From assembly GCF_964213995.1 (NCBI RefSeq), contig NW_027590119.1, positions 992,001 to 1,056,000 on the forward strand: DNA of 64,000 nucleotides, written 5' to 3'. Both the position numbers and the translations under genes were made by a program. The first letter of the stretch is position 1. Every line of letters begins with the position of its first letter. This DNA is from Mustelus asterias (lineage: Eukaryota). A model generated the notes under the pieces. It saw only the letters and a list, made by a program, of their open reading frames with translations. It was not told where the DNA came from and did no database searches. Below, one piece after another: positions 23,086 to 35,208 of the stretch.

Positions 23086-26000
23086 TTGGGGGGAGGGGAG
23101 CTAGAAGAGTTGACTAGGATCAAGGAACTAATTGATGGGGGGGAGGATGCAGGGGTAAGGGGAATTACAAAATTAATGATAGAGGAGAGGGTGCAAGTGA
23201 ATGAAGGCGGTAATTTAGATAAGGGAGTAGAGGGAGAGGGTGTTCGCGACTCATCAAAGCGGGTCCAGATAAAAGCTGGAATAAGGACACTTTGCCTGAA
23301 TGCACGAAGCATTCGGAACAAGGTGAATGAGTTGATGGTGCAAATCAGCACAAGTGGGTACGATCTAGTGGCCATTACAGAAACGTGGCTGAAAGGTGAC
23401 CAGGACTGGGAGATGAATATCCAGGGGTATCAGGCGTTTAGGAAGAATAGACAGGAAGGAAAAGGTGGTGGGGTCGCGCTATTAATAAGAGATAATATCA
23501 TTGGTAGTACTGAGGGATGACATAGGCTCTGAGGAACAAAACGTGGAATCGTCATGGGTAGAGATGAGGAATAGTAGAGGGAGAAAGACACTAGTAGGTG
23601 TGGTATATAGGCCCCCAAATAATAATGTTGAGGTAGGGAGGGCTATAAACAAGCAGATAAGGGATGCGTGTAAAAACGGAACGGCAATAATCATGGGGGA
23701 CTTCAACATGCACATTGACTGGCAGACTCAAGTCGGTAAGGGTGGAATGGAGGAAGAGTTCTTAGAATGCTGTCGGGATAGTTTCCTTGAACAGCATGTT
23801 ACGGAACCGACGAGGGAACGAGCTATTTTGGATCTGGTATTGTGTAACGAGGTAGGTAGAATTAAGGATCTTATTGTGAAGGACCCTCTTGGGTCTAGTG
23901 ACCACAATATGGTCGAATTTCTGATTCAGATGGAAGAGGAGAAAGTTTGGTCTCAAACCAGTGTCCTCTGTTTGAACAGAGGGAAATATGATAGGATGAG
24001 GGATGAATTGACTAAGGTAGACTGGGAGAGCAGGCTGGCAGGTAGGATAGCTGAGGAACAGTGGAGGATTTTTAAGGAGATCCTTTTCAGTTCTCAGCAA
24101 AAATATATTCCAGCAAAAAACAAGGATTGTAAGAAAAGGGAGAACCAGCCGTGGATAACGAAGGAAATAAAGGAGAGTATTAAAATAAAAACAGCTGCGT
24201 ACAGAGTGGCCAAAAATAGTGGAGAAACAAGTGATTGGGAAAAATTTAAGAAACAACAAAGAGAGACTAAGAAAGCGATAAAGAAAGGAAGGATAGACTA
24301 TGAAGCTAGGCTAGCAATTAATATAAAAAATGATAGTAAAAGTTTTTATAAATATATAAAAAGGAATAGAGTGGCTAGAGTGAATGTTGGACCCTTGGAG
24401 GACGAGAGGGGGGAGTTAATAGTGGGAAATGAGGATATGGCTGAGTCTTTAAATAAGTTTTTTGTGTCGGTCTTCACGGTGGAGGACACAAATAGTTTGC
24501 CAAATATTAACGATAGAGGGTTGGCAGCAGGAGAAATACTTAATACAATTAATGTTACCAGAGAGGCAGTGCTGGGTAGACTAATGGGACTGAAGGTGGA
24601 CAAGTCCCCGGGTCCGGATGGAATGCATCCCAGGGTATTGAAAGAAATGTCAGAGGTAATAGTGGATGCGTTAGTGATTATTTATCAAAACTCGTTGCAT
24701 TCTGGGGTAGTGCCGGTTGATTGGAAAACGGCTAATGTTACGCCGCTGTTTAAAAAAGGAAGGAGACAAAAGGCGGGTAACTATGGGCCGGTCAGCTTAA
24801 CGTCTGTAGTAGGGAAAATGCTGGAATCCATTATTAAAGAGGAGATAGCAGGGCATCTGGATAGAAATGGTTCGATCAATCAGACGCAGCATGGATTCAT
24901 GAGGGGAAAGTCGTGCTTGACGAACATGTTGGATTTTTATGAAGATGTGACTAGGGCGGTTGATGGAGGAGAACCGGTGGATGCGGTGTTTTTGGATTTC
25001 CAAAAGGCGTTTGATAAGGTGCCCCATAAAAGGCTGCTGAAGAAGATTAGGGCACACGGAGTTGGGGGTAGTGTGTTAAAGTGGATTGGGGACTGGCTAT
25101 CCGACAGGAAGCAAAGAGTCGGAATAAATGGGTGTTTTTCCGGTTGGAGGAAGGTAACTAGTGGCGTGCCGCAGGGATCGGTACTCGGGCCGCAACTGTT
25201 TACCATTTATATAGATGATCTGGAGGAGGGGACGGAGTGTAGGGTAACGAAGTTTGCAGACGACACAAAGATAAGTGGAAAAGTGAATCGTGTGGAGGAC
25301 GGAGAAGATCTGCAGAGAGATTTGGACAGGCTGAGTGAGTGGGCGAGGATATGGCAAATGGAGTATAACGTTGAGAAATGCGAGGTTATACACTTTGGAG
25401 GAAATAATAACAAATGGGATTACTATCTCAATGGAAACAAATTAAAACATGCTACCGTGCAAAGGGACCTGGGGGTCCTTGTGCATGAGACGCAAAAGCC
25501 CAGTCTGCAGGTACAACAGGTGATCAAGAAGGCAAATGGGATGTTGGCCTATATTGCGAGGGGGATAGAATATAGGAGCAGGGATGTCTTGATGCACCTG
25601 TACAGGGCATTGGTGAGGCCGCAGCTGGAATACTGTGTGCAGTATTGGTCCCCTTATATGAGGAAGGATATATTGGCATTGGAGGGAGTGCAGAGAAGGT
25701 TCACCAGGTTGATACCGGAGATGAGGGGTTTGGATTATGAGGAGAGGCCGAGGAGATTGGGTTTGTACTCGTTGGAGTTTAGAAGGATGAGGGGGGATCT
25801 TATGGAGACTTATAAGATAATGCGGGGGCTGGATAGGGTGGAGGCAGAGAGATTCTTTCCACTTAGTAAGGAAGTTAAAACTAGAGGACACAGCCTCAAA
25901 ATAAAGGGGGGTCGGTTTAAGACAGAGTTGAGGAGGAACTTCTTCTCCCAGAGGGTGGTGAATCTCTGGAATTCTCTGCCCACTGAGGTGGTGGAGGCTA

Positions 26001-26092
26001 CCTCGCTGAATATGTTTAAAGCGCGGATGGATGGATTCCTGATCGGTAAGGGAATTAAGGGTTATGGGGATCAGGCAGGTAAGTGGTACTGA
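23086..26092 (+). CDS. CR1 ORF2p (AP endonuclease + reverse transcriptase), frameshift at ~23500
   Basis: NARSI, ITETWL, GDFN, SDH; QGSVLGP, FADD. Confidence 0.9.
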
Positions 26093-26186
26093 TCCACGTC
26101 AGATCAGCCATGATCTTATTGAATGGCGGGGCAGGCTCGAGGGGCTAGATGGCCTACTCCTGCTCCTATTTCTTATGTTCTTATAA

Positions 26187-26652
26187 CAGTGGCAGAGTGG
26201 TTAGCACTGCTACCTCACAGCGCCAAGGACCCAGGTTCGATCCCCAGCTTGGGTGACTGTGCGGAGTCTGCACGTTCTCTCTGTGTTTGTGTGAGTTTCC
26301 TCCGGATGCTCCGGTTTCCTCCCACAGTCCGAAAATCGTGCTCTCCATTCAGAAACGTACCCTTCCCCTGCTACCCTCTGTCTTCTTTGACCGAGCCAGT
26401 TTTATATTCACCTTGCCAGCTCACCTCTGATCCCATGCGACTTCAACTTCTGCACCAGTCTGCCTCTTTCATCTGCCTCGTACACCTGTACGGGTGTTCC
26501 AGTTTCCTCCCACAGTCCGAAAGACTTGCTGGTTAGGCGCATTGGCCATGCTAAATTCTCCCTCAGTGTACCCGAACAGGTGCTCGAGTGTGGCGCCTAT
26601 GCAATTTTCAGAGTAACTTCATTGCAATGTTAATGTAAGCCGACTTGTGACA
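26187..26652 (+). mobile_element. V-SINE variant with internal insertion
   Basis: Head, V-domain duplicated around TTTCCTCCCACAGTCCGAAA. Confidence 0.7.
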
Positions 26653-26654
26653 CG

Positions 26655-29340
26655 AGCGCATCAAGGTAGATAAATCCCCGGGACCTGATGAAGTGTATCC
26701 CAGGACATTGTGGGAGGCTGGGGAGGAAATTTTGGGTCCCTTAGCCGAGATATTTGAATCATCAATAGTCACGGGTGAGGTGCCTGAAGATTGGAGAGGG
26801 GCAAATGTTGTGCCTTTGTTTAAAAAGGGCTGCAGGGAAAAGTCTGGGAACTACAAGCCTCACTGGCAATGACCAAGATTGGTGGCATAGTGGACAGCGA
26901 AGAAAGTTATCTCCAATTGCAACGGGATCTTGATCAATTGGGCCAGTGGGCTGACGAATGGCAGATGGAGTTTAATTTAGACAAATGCGAAGTGATGCAT
27001 TTTGGTAGATTGAACCAGGGCATGAGCCTTTGGCTTTGATCTTTGGGTCCTCACTGTCCACGGGGATGGTGCCAGAGGACGAGAGAGTGGCGAATGTTGT
27101 TCCTCTGTTTAAGAAAGGGAATAGAAATGACCCTGGTAATTATAGGCTGGTTAGTCTTACTTTGGTGGTTGGTAAGTTGATGGAAAAGGCCCTTAGGGAT
27201 GGGATTTACGACCATTTAGAAAGATGCGGATTAATCCGGGATAGTCAGCACGGATTCGTGAAGGGCAAGTCATGCCTCACAAATTTGATACAATTTTTTG
27301 AGGAGGTAACTAAGTGTGTTGATGAAGGTAGGGCAGTTGATGTCATATACATGGATTTTAGTAAGGCGTTTGATAAGGTCCCCCATGGTCGGCTTATGAT
27401 GAAAGTAAGGAGGTGTGGGATAGAGGAAAAATTGGCCGATTGGATAGGTAACTGGCTATCTGATCGAAGCTGCGGCTGTGTGGCTTTTGCTACCAAATAA
27501 ACCTGTTGGACTTTAACCTGGTGTTGTTAAACTTCTTACTGTATCTGATCGAAGACAGAGGGTGGTGGTGGACAGAACATTTTCGGACTGGAGGCAGGTT
27601 GCTAGCAGAGTACCACAGGGATCAGTGCTTGGTCCTCTGCTATTTGTGATATTTATTAATGACCTCGAGGAGGGGGCTGAAGATTGGATCAGTAAATTTG
27701 CTGATGACACCAAGATTGGTGGAGTAGTGGATGAGGTGGAGGGCTGTTGTAGACTGCAAAGAGACATAGATAGGATGCAAAGCTGGGCTGAAAAATGGCA
27801 GATGGAGTTTAACTCTGACAAATGTGAGGTGATTCATTTTGGTAGGACAAATTTAAATGTGGATTACAGGGTCAAAGGTAGGGTTCTGAAGACTGTGGAG
27901 GAAGAGAGAGATCTTGGGGTCCATATTCACAGATCTCCAAAGGTTGCCACTCAAGTGGATAGAGCTGTGAAGAAGGCCGATAGCGTGTTAGCTTTTATTA
28001 ACAGGGGGTTGGAGTTTAAGAGCCGTGGGGTTATGCTGCAACTGTACAGGACCTTGGTGAGACCACATTTGGAATATTGTGTGCAGTTCTGGTCAGCTCA
28101 CTATAAGATGGATGTGGAAGCGCTGGAAAGAGTGCAAAGGAGATTTACCAGGATGCTGCCTGGTTTGGAGGGTAGGTCTTATGAGGAAAGGTTGAGGGAG
28201 CGAGGGCTGTTCTCTCTGGAGCGGAGGAGGCTGAGGGGAGACTTAATAGAGGTTTATAAAATGATGAAGGGGTTAGATCGAGTGAACGTTCAAAGACTAT
28301 TTCCTCGGGTGGATGGAGCTATTACAAGGGGGCATAACTATAGGCTTCATGGTGGGAGATATAGGAAGGATGTCCGAGGTAGGTTCTTTACTCAGAGAGT
28401 GGTTAGGGTGTGGAATGAACTGCCTGCAGTGACAGTGGAGTTAGACACTTTAGGAACATTTAAGCGGTTATTGGATAGGCACAAGGAGCACACCAGGATG
28501 ATAGGGAGTGGGATAGCTTGATCTTGGTTTCAGATAAAGCTCGGCACAACATCGTGGGCCGAAGGGCCTGTTCTGTGCTGTACTGTTCTATGTTCGGCTT
28601 ACTCAGTTAATGGTAGGCATTGGGGAGAGTTACAGAACAAAGAGATCTCAGGGTACACGTTCATAGCTCCTTGAAAGTGGAGTCACAGGTGGACAGAGTG
28701 GTGAAGAAGGCATTCGGCATGCTTGGTTTCATTGGTCAGAACATTGAATACAGGAGTTGGGACATCTTGTTGAAGTTGTACAAGACATTGGTAAGGCCAC
28801 ACTTGGAATACTATGTACAGTTCTGGTCACCCTATTACAGAAAGGATATTATTAAACTAGAAAGAGTGCAGAAGAGATTTACTAGGATGCTATCGGACTT
28901 GATAGTTTGAGTTATAAGGAGAGGCTGGATAGACTGGGACTTTTTTCTCTGGAGCTGAGGAGGCTGAGGGTGATGTTATAGAGGCCTATAAAATAATGGG
29001 GGGCATAGGTCAGCTAGATAGTCAAGATCTTTTCCCAAAGGTAGGGGAGTCTAAAACTAGAGGGCATAGGTTTAAGGTGAGAGGGGAGAGATAGAAAAGT
29101 GTCCAGAGGGGCAATTTTTTCGCACAGAGGGTGGTGAGTGTCTGGAACCAGCTGCCAGAGGTAGTAGTAGACGGGGGTACAGTTTTGTATTTTAAAAAGC
29201 ATTTAGACAGTTACATGGTTAAAATGGATATCGAGGGATATGGGCGATATGCGGACAATTGGGACTTGCTCAGGGGTTTAAAAAAAAGGGTGGAATGGAC
29301 AAGTTGGGCCGAAGGGTCTGTTTCCATGCTGTAAATCTCT
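26655..29340 (+). mobile_element. Nested CR1 fragments: outer 26655-27020 plus 28597-29340, inner 27021-28596
   Basis: Outer reading HFGRLNQG resumes as TYSVNGR after the inner element's tail. Confidence 0.85.
27470..27541 (+). mobile_element. 72-bp Penelope tail insertion with a 13-bp TSD
   Basis: TATCTGATCGAAG at 27457-27469 and 27542-27554. Confidence 0.85.
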
Positions 29341-29737
29341 CTGCCTGTTTGCCCTGGATCAAACTGACACCCAGGAACTCCCAAATGCTGCAGTTTGAAT
29401 GTGTACAAATAAACTATTTATTTTATCCAATGATAATTTATTTTTGTTTTTAAGTATTTTATTAACCTTACCACCTGTTGCTATACTATTTTGATCCTTA
29501 GGAACAGAATAAATCTTAGTCACTTAGCAGATACTCACCAAAAATCTGGCTTCTTCTCTTGTAGAAGAGTAAGATCACTTCCTAAAGGCTGAGAAAGTTA
29601 GAAAGCAAAAGGGCACCCCTTTCCCTTCCTTCCCTAACGCCCTTAATTACCCAACTCCCAGAACTCTATTCTAAGCTGCACTCAAGTGATGCCGGTTCAG
29701 AGCTGTTTCTGAGCTGTAGATTCAATACAATACTCAC

Positions 29738-30928
29738 TTGCAGACATGGACATCAAGGCCTGTATGGGTCTCTAGGCCATCATGCACACATCATGATAGG
29801 AAGGATGGAGATGGTGTTGCCAGCCATGTACATGATGAACAGATTCATGGGCAGCTGTTTCAGTGGGTCCAAGGCAATGTCCCAGCAGTGCTGAAAACAG
29901 AAAGTGAGCAGGGTATCAGTAAAGGGGGCCGGTTAGGTGAGGCCATATACTGATCTTATACCCAGGCCTGGAAGTAAGGATGACGATTAACCCTTTATCA
30001 CACAGGCTGCTGTGGTTCACCAAGGTACTTCACCACCATGGACAAACCAGGGGCGTTGTCAGCCACACACTAAAGACACATTCAAATCCAACTTACTTTC
30101 TCAACCAGGATCCGGTCTGTTTCTTGGATGCAGATGTCCTGTAGCTGTTTGTCCGAACATGCGACTGGGCACATGGAGTCTCTCTGGCTATACTGTTGAT
30201 CACGGCTCCTGTGAGAAACAGAAAACACAAATTGGTCACCCTTTCAAGACCTTCTTTAAAGAAGGAGTCTCTCTGTTGAGGACCCCAACGTGGTGGCAAT
30301 AGTGCCAGCATGAACTAAAGCTTGGGCAAACCTCAGACACACACTGCTATTGTGTGTACCAAACTGCCAGGGGAATGGAGAGATGCAGAAGTGGATTAGT
30401 GTGAATTGATAATCAGGGTGCCAATCCGCTTGCCCTCCATTTAGGGACAAAGTGACAAATCACCAGATGTACCAAATTGTATCTTGAAAACAAACTGAGG
30501 GTTATTGAGAGAGATCCAGTTCAGGACCCGGCCCTGGAAACGAGCAATCGTTCCCCCAACCACCACCGCAGTTGGCACGTGACCAGGTGGAGGGGCTGAA
30601 ACCAAGATGGCATCTCAGGGTCATGACCTGGGGAAAAGATGCCAAGTGGGGTCTGAGTGGTTTCTGGAGGATTTGAGGGGCTGCTTTGTGCTGAGCAGCT
30701 CGGTGAGGGGTAAAAGAGACGTGAAAAACCCGGGGTTGGGAAGTTTTGGGTTGGTGTCACATCCCCAGGTCGCCTTCGCGGGAGTGGCGGGCCGACCCGG
30801 CTTGCCTCCTACTCGAGCCCCCGGCTCCCCGCGCGGCCTCCGCACCTGCTGCTGCTGTCGCTCAGGTTGCGCTCGAGGGTCCACTTGTGCCAGCGCGCGC
30901 TGTTGGCAAACCCCGCCCCTGCCGCCAT
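29738..30928 (-). pseudogene. EMC4: Unprocessed, truncated EMC4 (TMEM85) pseudogene: coding exons 30928-30846, 30208-30097, 29890-29738
   Basis: Spliced translation MAAGAGFANSARWHKWTLE..R / SRDQ..DKQLQDICIQETDRILVEK / [49 protein letters not shown] matches the EMC4 signature; all GT-AG sites canonical; 1-nt deletion at ~29788 and TAG at 29772-29774; later exons not found. Confidence 0.9.
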
Positions 30929-31110
30929 GGCAACGCCTGCCACCGTTAACCGTTCCCCCTTTCAAATCTGATTCCGATCTGAAGAAGAACCCACGCGCTT
31001 CCGTCAACAAACCACACCCGCTGCAATGCGCATGTGCGATCCCAACCTCCTCAGCGTTCTGCGTAAACCGCCCATTGCCCCGCCCCCCACATCGCCGCCA
31101 TTTTTGTTGA
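30750..31110 (-). promoter_or_regulatory. CpG island/promoter of the EMC4 pseudogene
   Basis: High CpG density, TGCGCATG, GC box, YY1-like CGCCATTTT, Kozak GCCATGG. Confidence 0.7.
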
Positions 31111-31555
31111 GGGCACATTGGTTCTTCATCTTCCCTCCAAACGGAGGACGTCTGCCCCACACAAAGATGGACATCATTTACTATCAGAGATATTTAAAAT
31201 ATTGCTTTTATCGCTTCAACTGTAACGCCGCATAAAACGTCAATAAAACCGAAAGGACCTTGTCTCCTCATTCAGCAACCAAAATCATAAGAATCCATTG
31301 TTAATAGGTTTCTCCACAGATGCCGCCAGGTCTGCTGAGTTTATCCAGTATTTTCAGTTTAAATTTCCCAATTCCAACATCCGCAGTATTTTACTTTTTT
31401 TTTCCTTCCCACTCTACCTCCAGTGCAACTGGATATCATGAGTAAAGCTACCACCAGGCTGATCCTTCCGGGTGGAACAGTGGTTAGCATTGCTGCCTTA
31501 CATTACAGTGCTTGGGACCTGGGTTCGATTCTTGCTTTGGGTGACTGTGTGGAGT

Positions 31556-32650
31556 CCACCCACTGTGGTTGACAGGGCTCCTGACTGTGTCCAACTCATG
31601 CCCCAGGCCACTGCTCGCACTCCCTCCCAGAAAGAGGACAGGGCTCCCCTTGTCCTCACTTTTTACCAGACCAGAGACCAGCCTCCGTGTTCAAAGTATC
31701 ATCCTCCGCCATTGCTGCCAACTCCAGCATGAAGCCACTCCTCAACACATCTTCACCTCACCCCTCACACCCATCAGCATTCCACAAGGAAGGTTCTCTC
31801 TGGGACACCCTGGTCCACGCCTCCATCCCACCCAACATCCCATCCCCTACCCACAGCATCTTCCCATGCAATGGTAGAAGGTGCAACACCTGCCCCTTAT
31901 CCTCCTCCCTACTCACCATCCCAGGTCCTAAACACCCCTTTCAGGTGAAGCAGCGATTCACATGCATCTCCTTCAATCTGATCTATTGCATTTGCTCCTC
32001 CCAATGAAGTCGACTCTACGACATTGGAGAGATCAAAAACAAACTGAGTGATTGCTTTGCTGAACACCTTCAGCCTGTCTGCAAGCAGGACCCAGAACTT
32101 CAAGTCCCTTGCCACTTCAACACACCACCCTGCTCTCCTGTCCACATGTTCCGTCCTTTTGCAATGTTCGAGTGAACCCCAACGCAAACTGGAGGAACAG
32201 CATCTCATTTTCCAACTGGGCACTTTACAGCCTTCCAGACTAAACATTGAGTTCAACAACTTCAGAGCATGAACTCTCCCCTCCACCTTTATCCCCTTTC
32301 CATTTATTTTATTTCATTCTGTTTCTTTTTTAAAATCATACTTCTTTCTCACTTCCATTTTACCATTTCTTCATTCCTGCTCTCCTTCTTGCCTCTCCCC
32401 CAACCCCCGCCCCCCCCCCCCCCCCCCCCCACTCCTCTTTCAGGGCAACTGCCTTAACCACCTTTACCTCTGCTCTGCTATTCTGATAGCTTAATGGACA
32501 TTTTTAGCATCTCGCTGAGCCGTCTTTATCCTCATTTGCACTCCCTTTGTCCAATTACTGCACCCGCCTTCCACCCTCATAATTTAAATCTTTTCTGCTT
32601 TTCTTTGCTCTCAGCTCTGACGGAGGGTCATCCAGACTTGAATCGTTGGC
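31556..32650 (+). mobile_element. Penelope-like element (second family): GIY-YIG region and degenerate hammerhead
   Basis: RRCNTCP..FTCISFNLIYCICSSQ..YIGE; RKLEEQHLIFQLGTLQPSRLN; CTGACGGAGGGTCATCCAGACTTGAATCGTT at ~32617. Confidence 0.8.
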
Positions 32651-33408
32651 TGGTTACTCAATATTTGTTTCGTTATTCGATATTAAATATTAATACATGT
32701 ATTTAATACATACGTCTTCATTCTGAATTGAATATCTCGGGAATATGCAACAGTGAATTGCAAACATGACTGACCAATAAAAGAAATCGAGTCACTGGGT
32801 AATACACATCCCATGGTGCTTATTTGAGACAGTCAGCTTTTAAACAATATCAAATATCTTTAAAGGGATTTAAGAATGATTTGTTAGTTCTACTTGATCC
32901 CTCTTTATTCTATGTGTGAAACACTTAGACGTCTAAATCCCGTTCCGCTGTTGGAAAGTCCAGTAGATCCGCACTGATTCTCGATTTCCTCAACTGTCTG
33001 AGTGGTTTTCCCCATTCATTTACTCTGAAGAATGATGTTAAAATAATGGTTCCGCGCAATGTGTGCCATTTCCTCTAGTTCAGTTACAGTTTCACTTGTG
33101 TCGGCCTTTTTGAGCACACAATACTATTAGACATGGTTCAGATGATGATTCGTTAGTCTGCATCAACAAAGCCATTAAATTCTGTTGTGGACTGAATGAG
33201 TTGCTGATATGTCCACGGTGTCAAAACAGGAACATCTATTTCCTCTCATTGCGTCATAAAAATACAAGATCTCTGATTTTGCTGAAAGATTTTGAGGCCG
33301 AGGTCAGAGCAATGATAACATGGCTTTAATATTGAGTTTCAGATAATGTTCAGCAACAAATTTCAATCATGTAAACTTCCCTCACTCTTAATGAACAAAT
33401 TTTAAAAA

Positions 33409-33481
33409 TATTTCGACATGGTTTTGAACTAGGGACCATTCATCTGTGAGGTGAATGTAACCACCATTACACTACAGAAAC
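33409..33481 (-). pseudogene. tRNA-Val(CAC) pseudogene
   Basis: 73 nt GTTTCTGTAGTGTAATGG..CACCT-CAC-AGATG..GGTCCCTAGTTCAAAACCATGTCGAAATA aligns without gaps to vertebrate tRNA-Val; followed by TTTTT; stem mismatches. Confidence 0.75.
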
Positions 33482-33565
33482 TGCTGTCGTCCGTAGGACC
33501 CAATGGGACTCTCTTGAAATGTTGCAACACTCATTGGGACTGCTGTAGACATATTGATCCAAGAT

Positions 33566-34965
33566 TGACTTTGATTTGATTTGATTTATTATTGTCACAT
33601 GTATTAACATCCAGTGAAAACTATTGTTTCTTGCACACTATACAGACAAAACATACCGATCATAGAGAAGGAAATGAGAGTGTGCAGAATGCAGTGTTAC
33701 AGTCATAGCTAGGGTGTAGAGAAAGATCAACTTAATGCAAGGTAAGTCCATTCAAAAGTCTGACGGCAGCAGGGAAGAAGCTATTCTTGAGTCGGTTGGT
33801 ACGTGACCTCAGACTTTTATATATTTTTCCCGAAGGAAGAAGGTGAAAGAGAGAATGTCCGGGGACGTGGGGTCCTTAATTATGCTGGCTGCTTTGCCGA
33901 GGCAGTGGGAAGTGTAGACAGAGTCAATGGATGGGAGGCTGGTTTGTGCGATGGATTGGGCACAATCACGACCTTTTGTAGTTCCTTGCAGTCTTGGGCA
34001 GAGCAGGAGCCATACCAAGCTGTGATACAACCAGAAAGAAAGCTTTCTATGGTACATCTGTAAAAGTTGGTGAGAGTCGTAGCTGACAGGCCAAATTTCC
34101 TTAGTCTTCTGAGGAAGTAGAGGTATTGGTGGGCTTTCTTAACTATAGTGTCGGCATGGGGCGGGGTGGTTGGGGGGGGGGGGGGGGGGGGGGGTGGTGG
34201 CTACCAGGATAGATAGTTGGTGATCTGGACACCTAAACACTTGAAGCTCTCGACCTTTTCTACTTCGTCCCGTTGATGTAGACAGGGGCATGTGCTCCTT
34301 TACGCTTCCTGAAGTCGATGACAATCTCCTTCATTTAGTTGACATTGAGGGAGAGATTATTGTTGCTATACCAGTTCACCAGATTCTCTACCTCATTCCT
34401 GTACTCTGTCTCATCATTGTTTGAGATCCGACCCACTATAGTGGTGTCGTCAGCAAACCTGAAAATCGCATTGGAGGGGAATTTGGCCACACAGTCATAG
34501 GTATATTAGGAGTATAGTAGGGGGCTGAGAACACAGCCTTGTGGGGCACCAGTGTTGAGGATGATCGTGGAGGAGGTGTTGTTGCCTATCCTTACAGATT
34601 GTGGTCTGTGAGTTAGGAAGTTTAGGATCCTGTAGCAGAGGGAGGTGCCGAGACCCAGGCCACGGAGTTTGGAGATGAGTTTCGTGGGAATAATAATGTT
34701 GAAGTCTGAGCTGTAGTCAATAAATAGGAGTGTGTCCTTGTTATCGAGGTGATCCAGCGTTGAGTGCAAGGCCAGGGAAATGCCGTCTGCTGTGGACCTG
34801 TTGAGGCGGTAGGCAACTGTAGTGGATCCAAGTAGTCCAGGAGGCTGGAATTGACTTGTGCCATGACAAACCTTTCAAAGCACTTCATAATGATGGATGT
34901 CAGAGCCACCGGCCGATAGTTATTAAGGCACATTGCTTGATATGTCTTAGGTACCGGGATGATGG
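33566..34965 (-). mobile_element. Rex1/Babar LINE 3' part
   Basis: [40 protein letters not shown]; (ATCAA)n tail. Confidence 0.9.
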
Positions 34966-34966
34966 T

Positions 34967-35208
34967 CGTTGTCGTAGCGTCTGCATGGTTTCCCCAAGGA
35001 TGAGTGAACACCGCTCGACAATCACCAGGCAAGACTGTTCTCTTCCTGTGGGGGAGCACTTCAGCAGTCACGGGCATTCAGCCTTGGATCTTCAGGTAAG
35101 CGTCCTCCAAGGCGGCCTTCACGACACACGACAGCGCAGAGTCACTGAGCAGAAACTGATAGCCAAGTTCCGCACACATGAGGACGGTCTAAACCGGGAT
35201 GTTGGATT
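34967..35208 (+). mobile_element. Penelope GIY-YIG C-terminal fragment with a short 5' inversion
   Basis: [27 protein letters not shown]; 34967-34997 is the inverted [10 protein letters not shown] segment. Confidence 0.8.

Larger units (their letters stand above)
22480..26185 (+). mobile_element. Young, near-complete CR1 LINE (ORF1 C-terminus, ORF2, 3' UTR)
   Basis: ORF1 esterase, APE and RT all readable with only one frameshift. Confidence 0.95.

Noticed and set aside
30607-31160. 167/179-aa ORFs as genes
   Set aside because: GC-rich shadow ORFs over the EMC4 CpG island; true exon 1 is 30928-30846 in another frame
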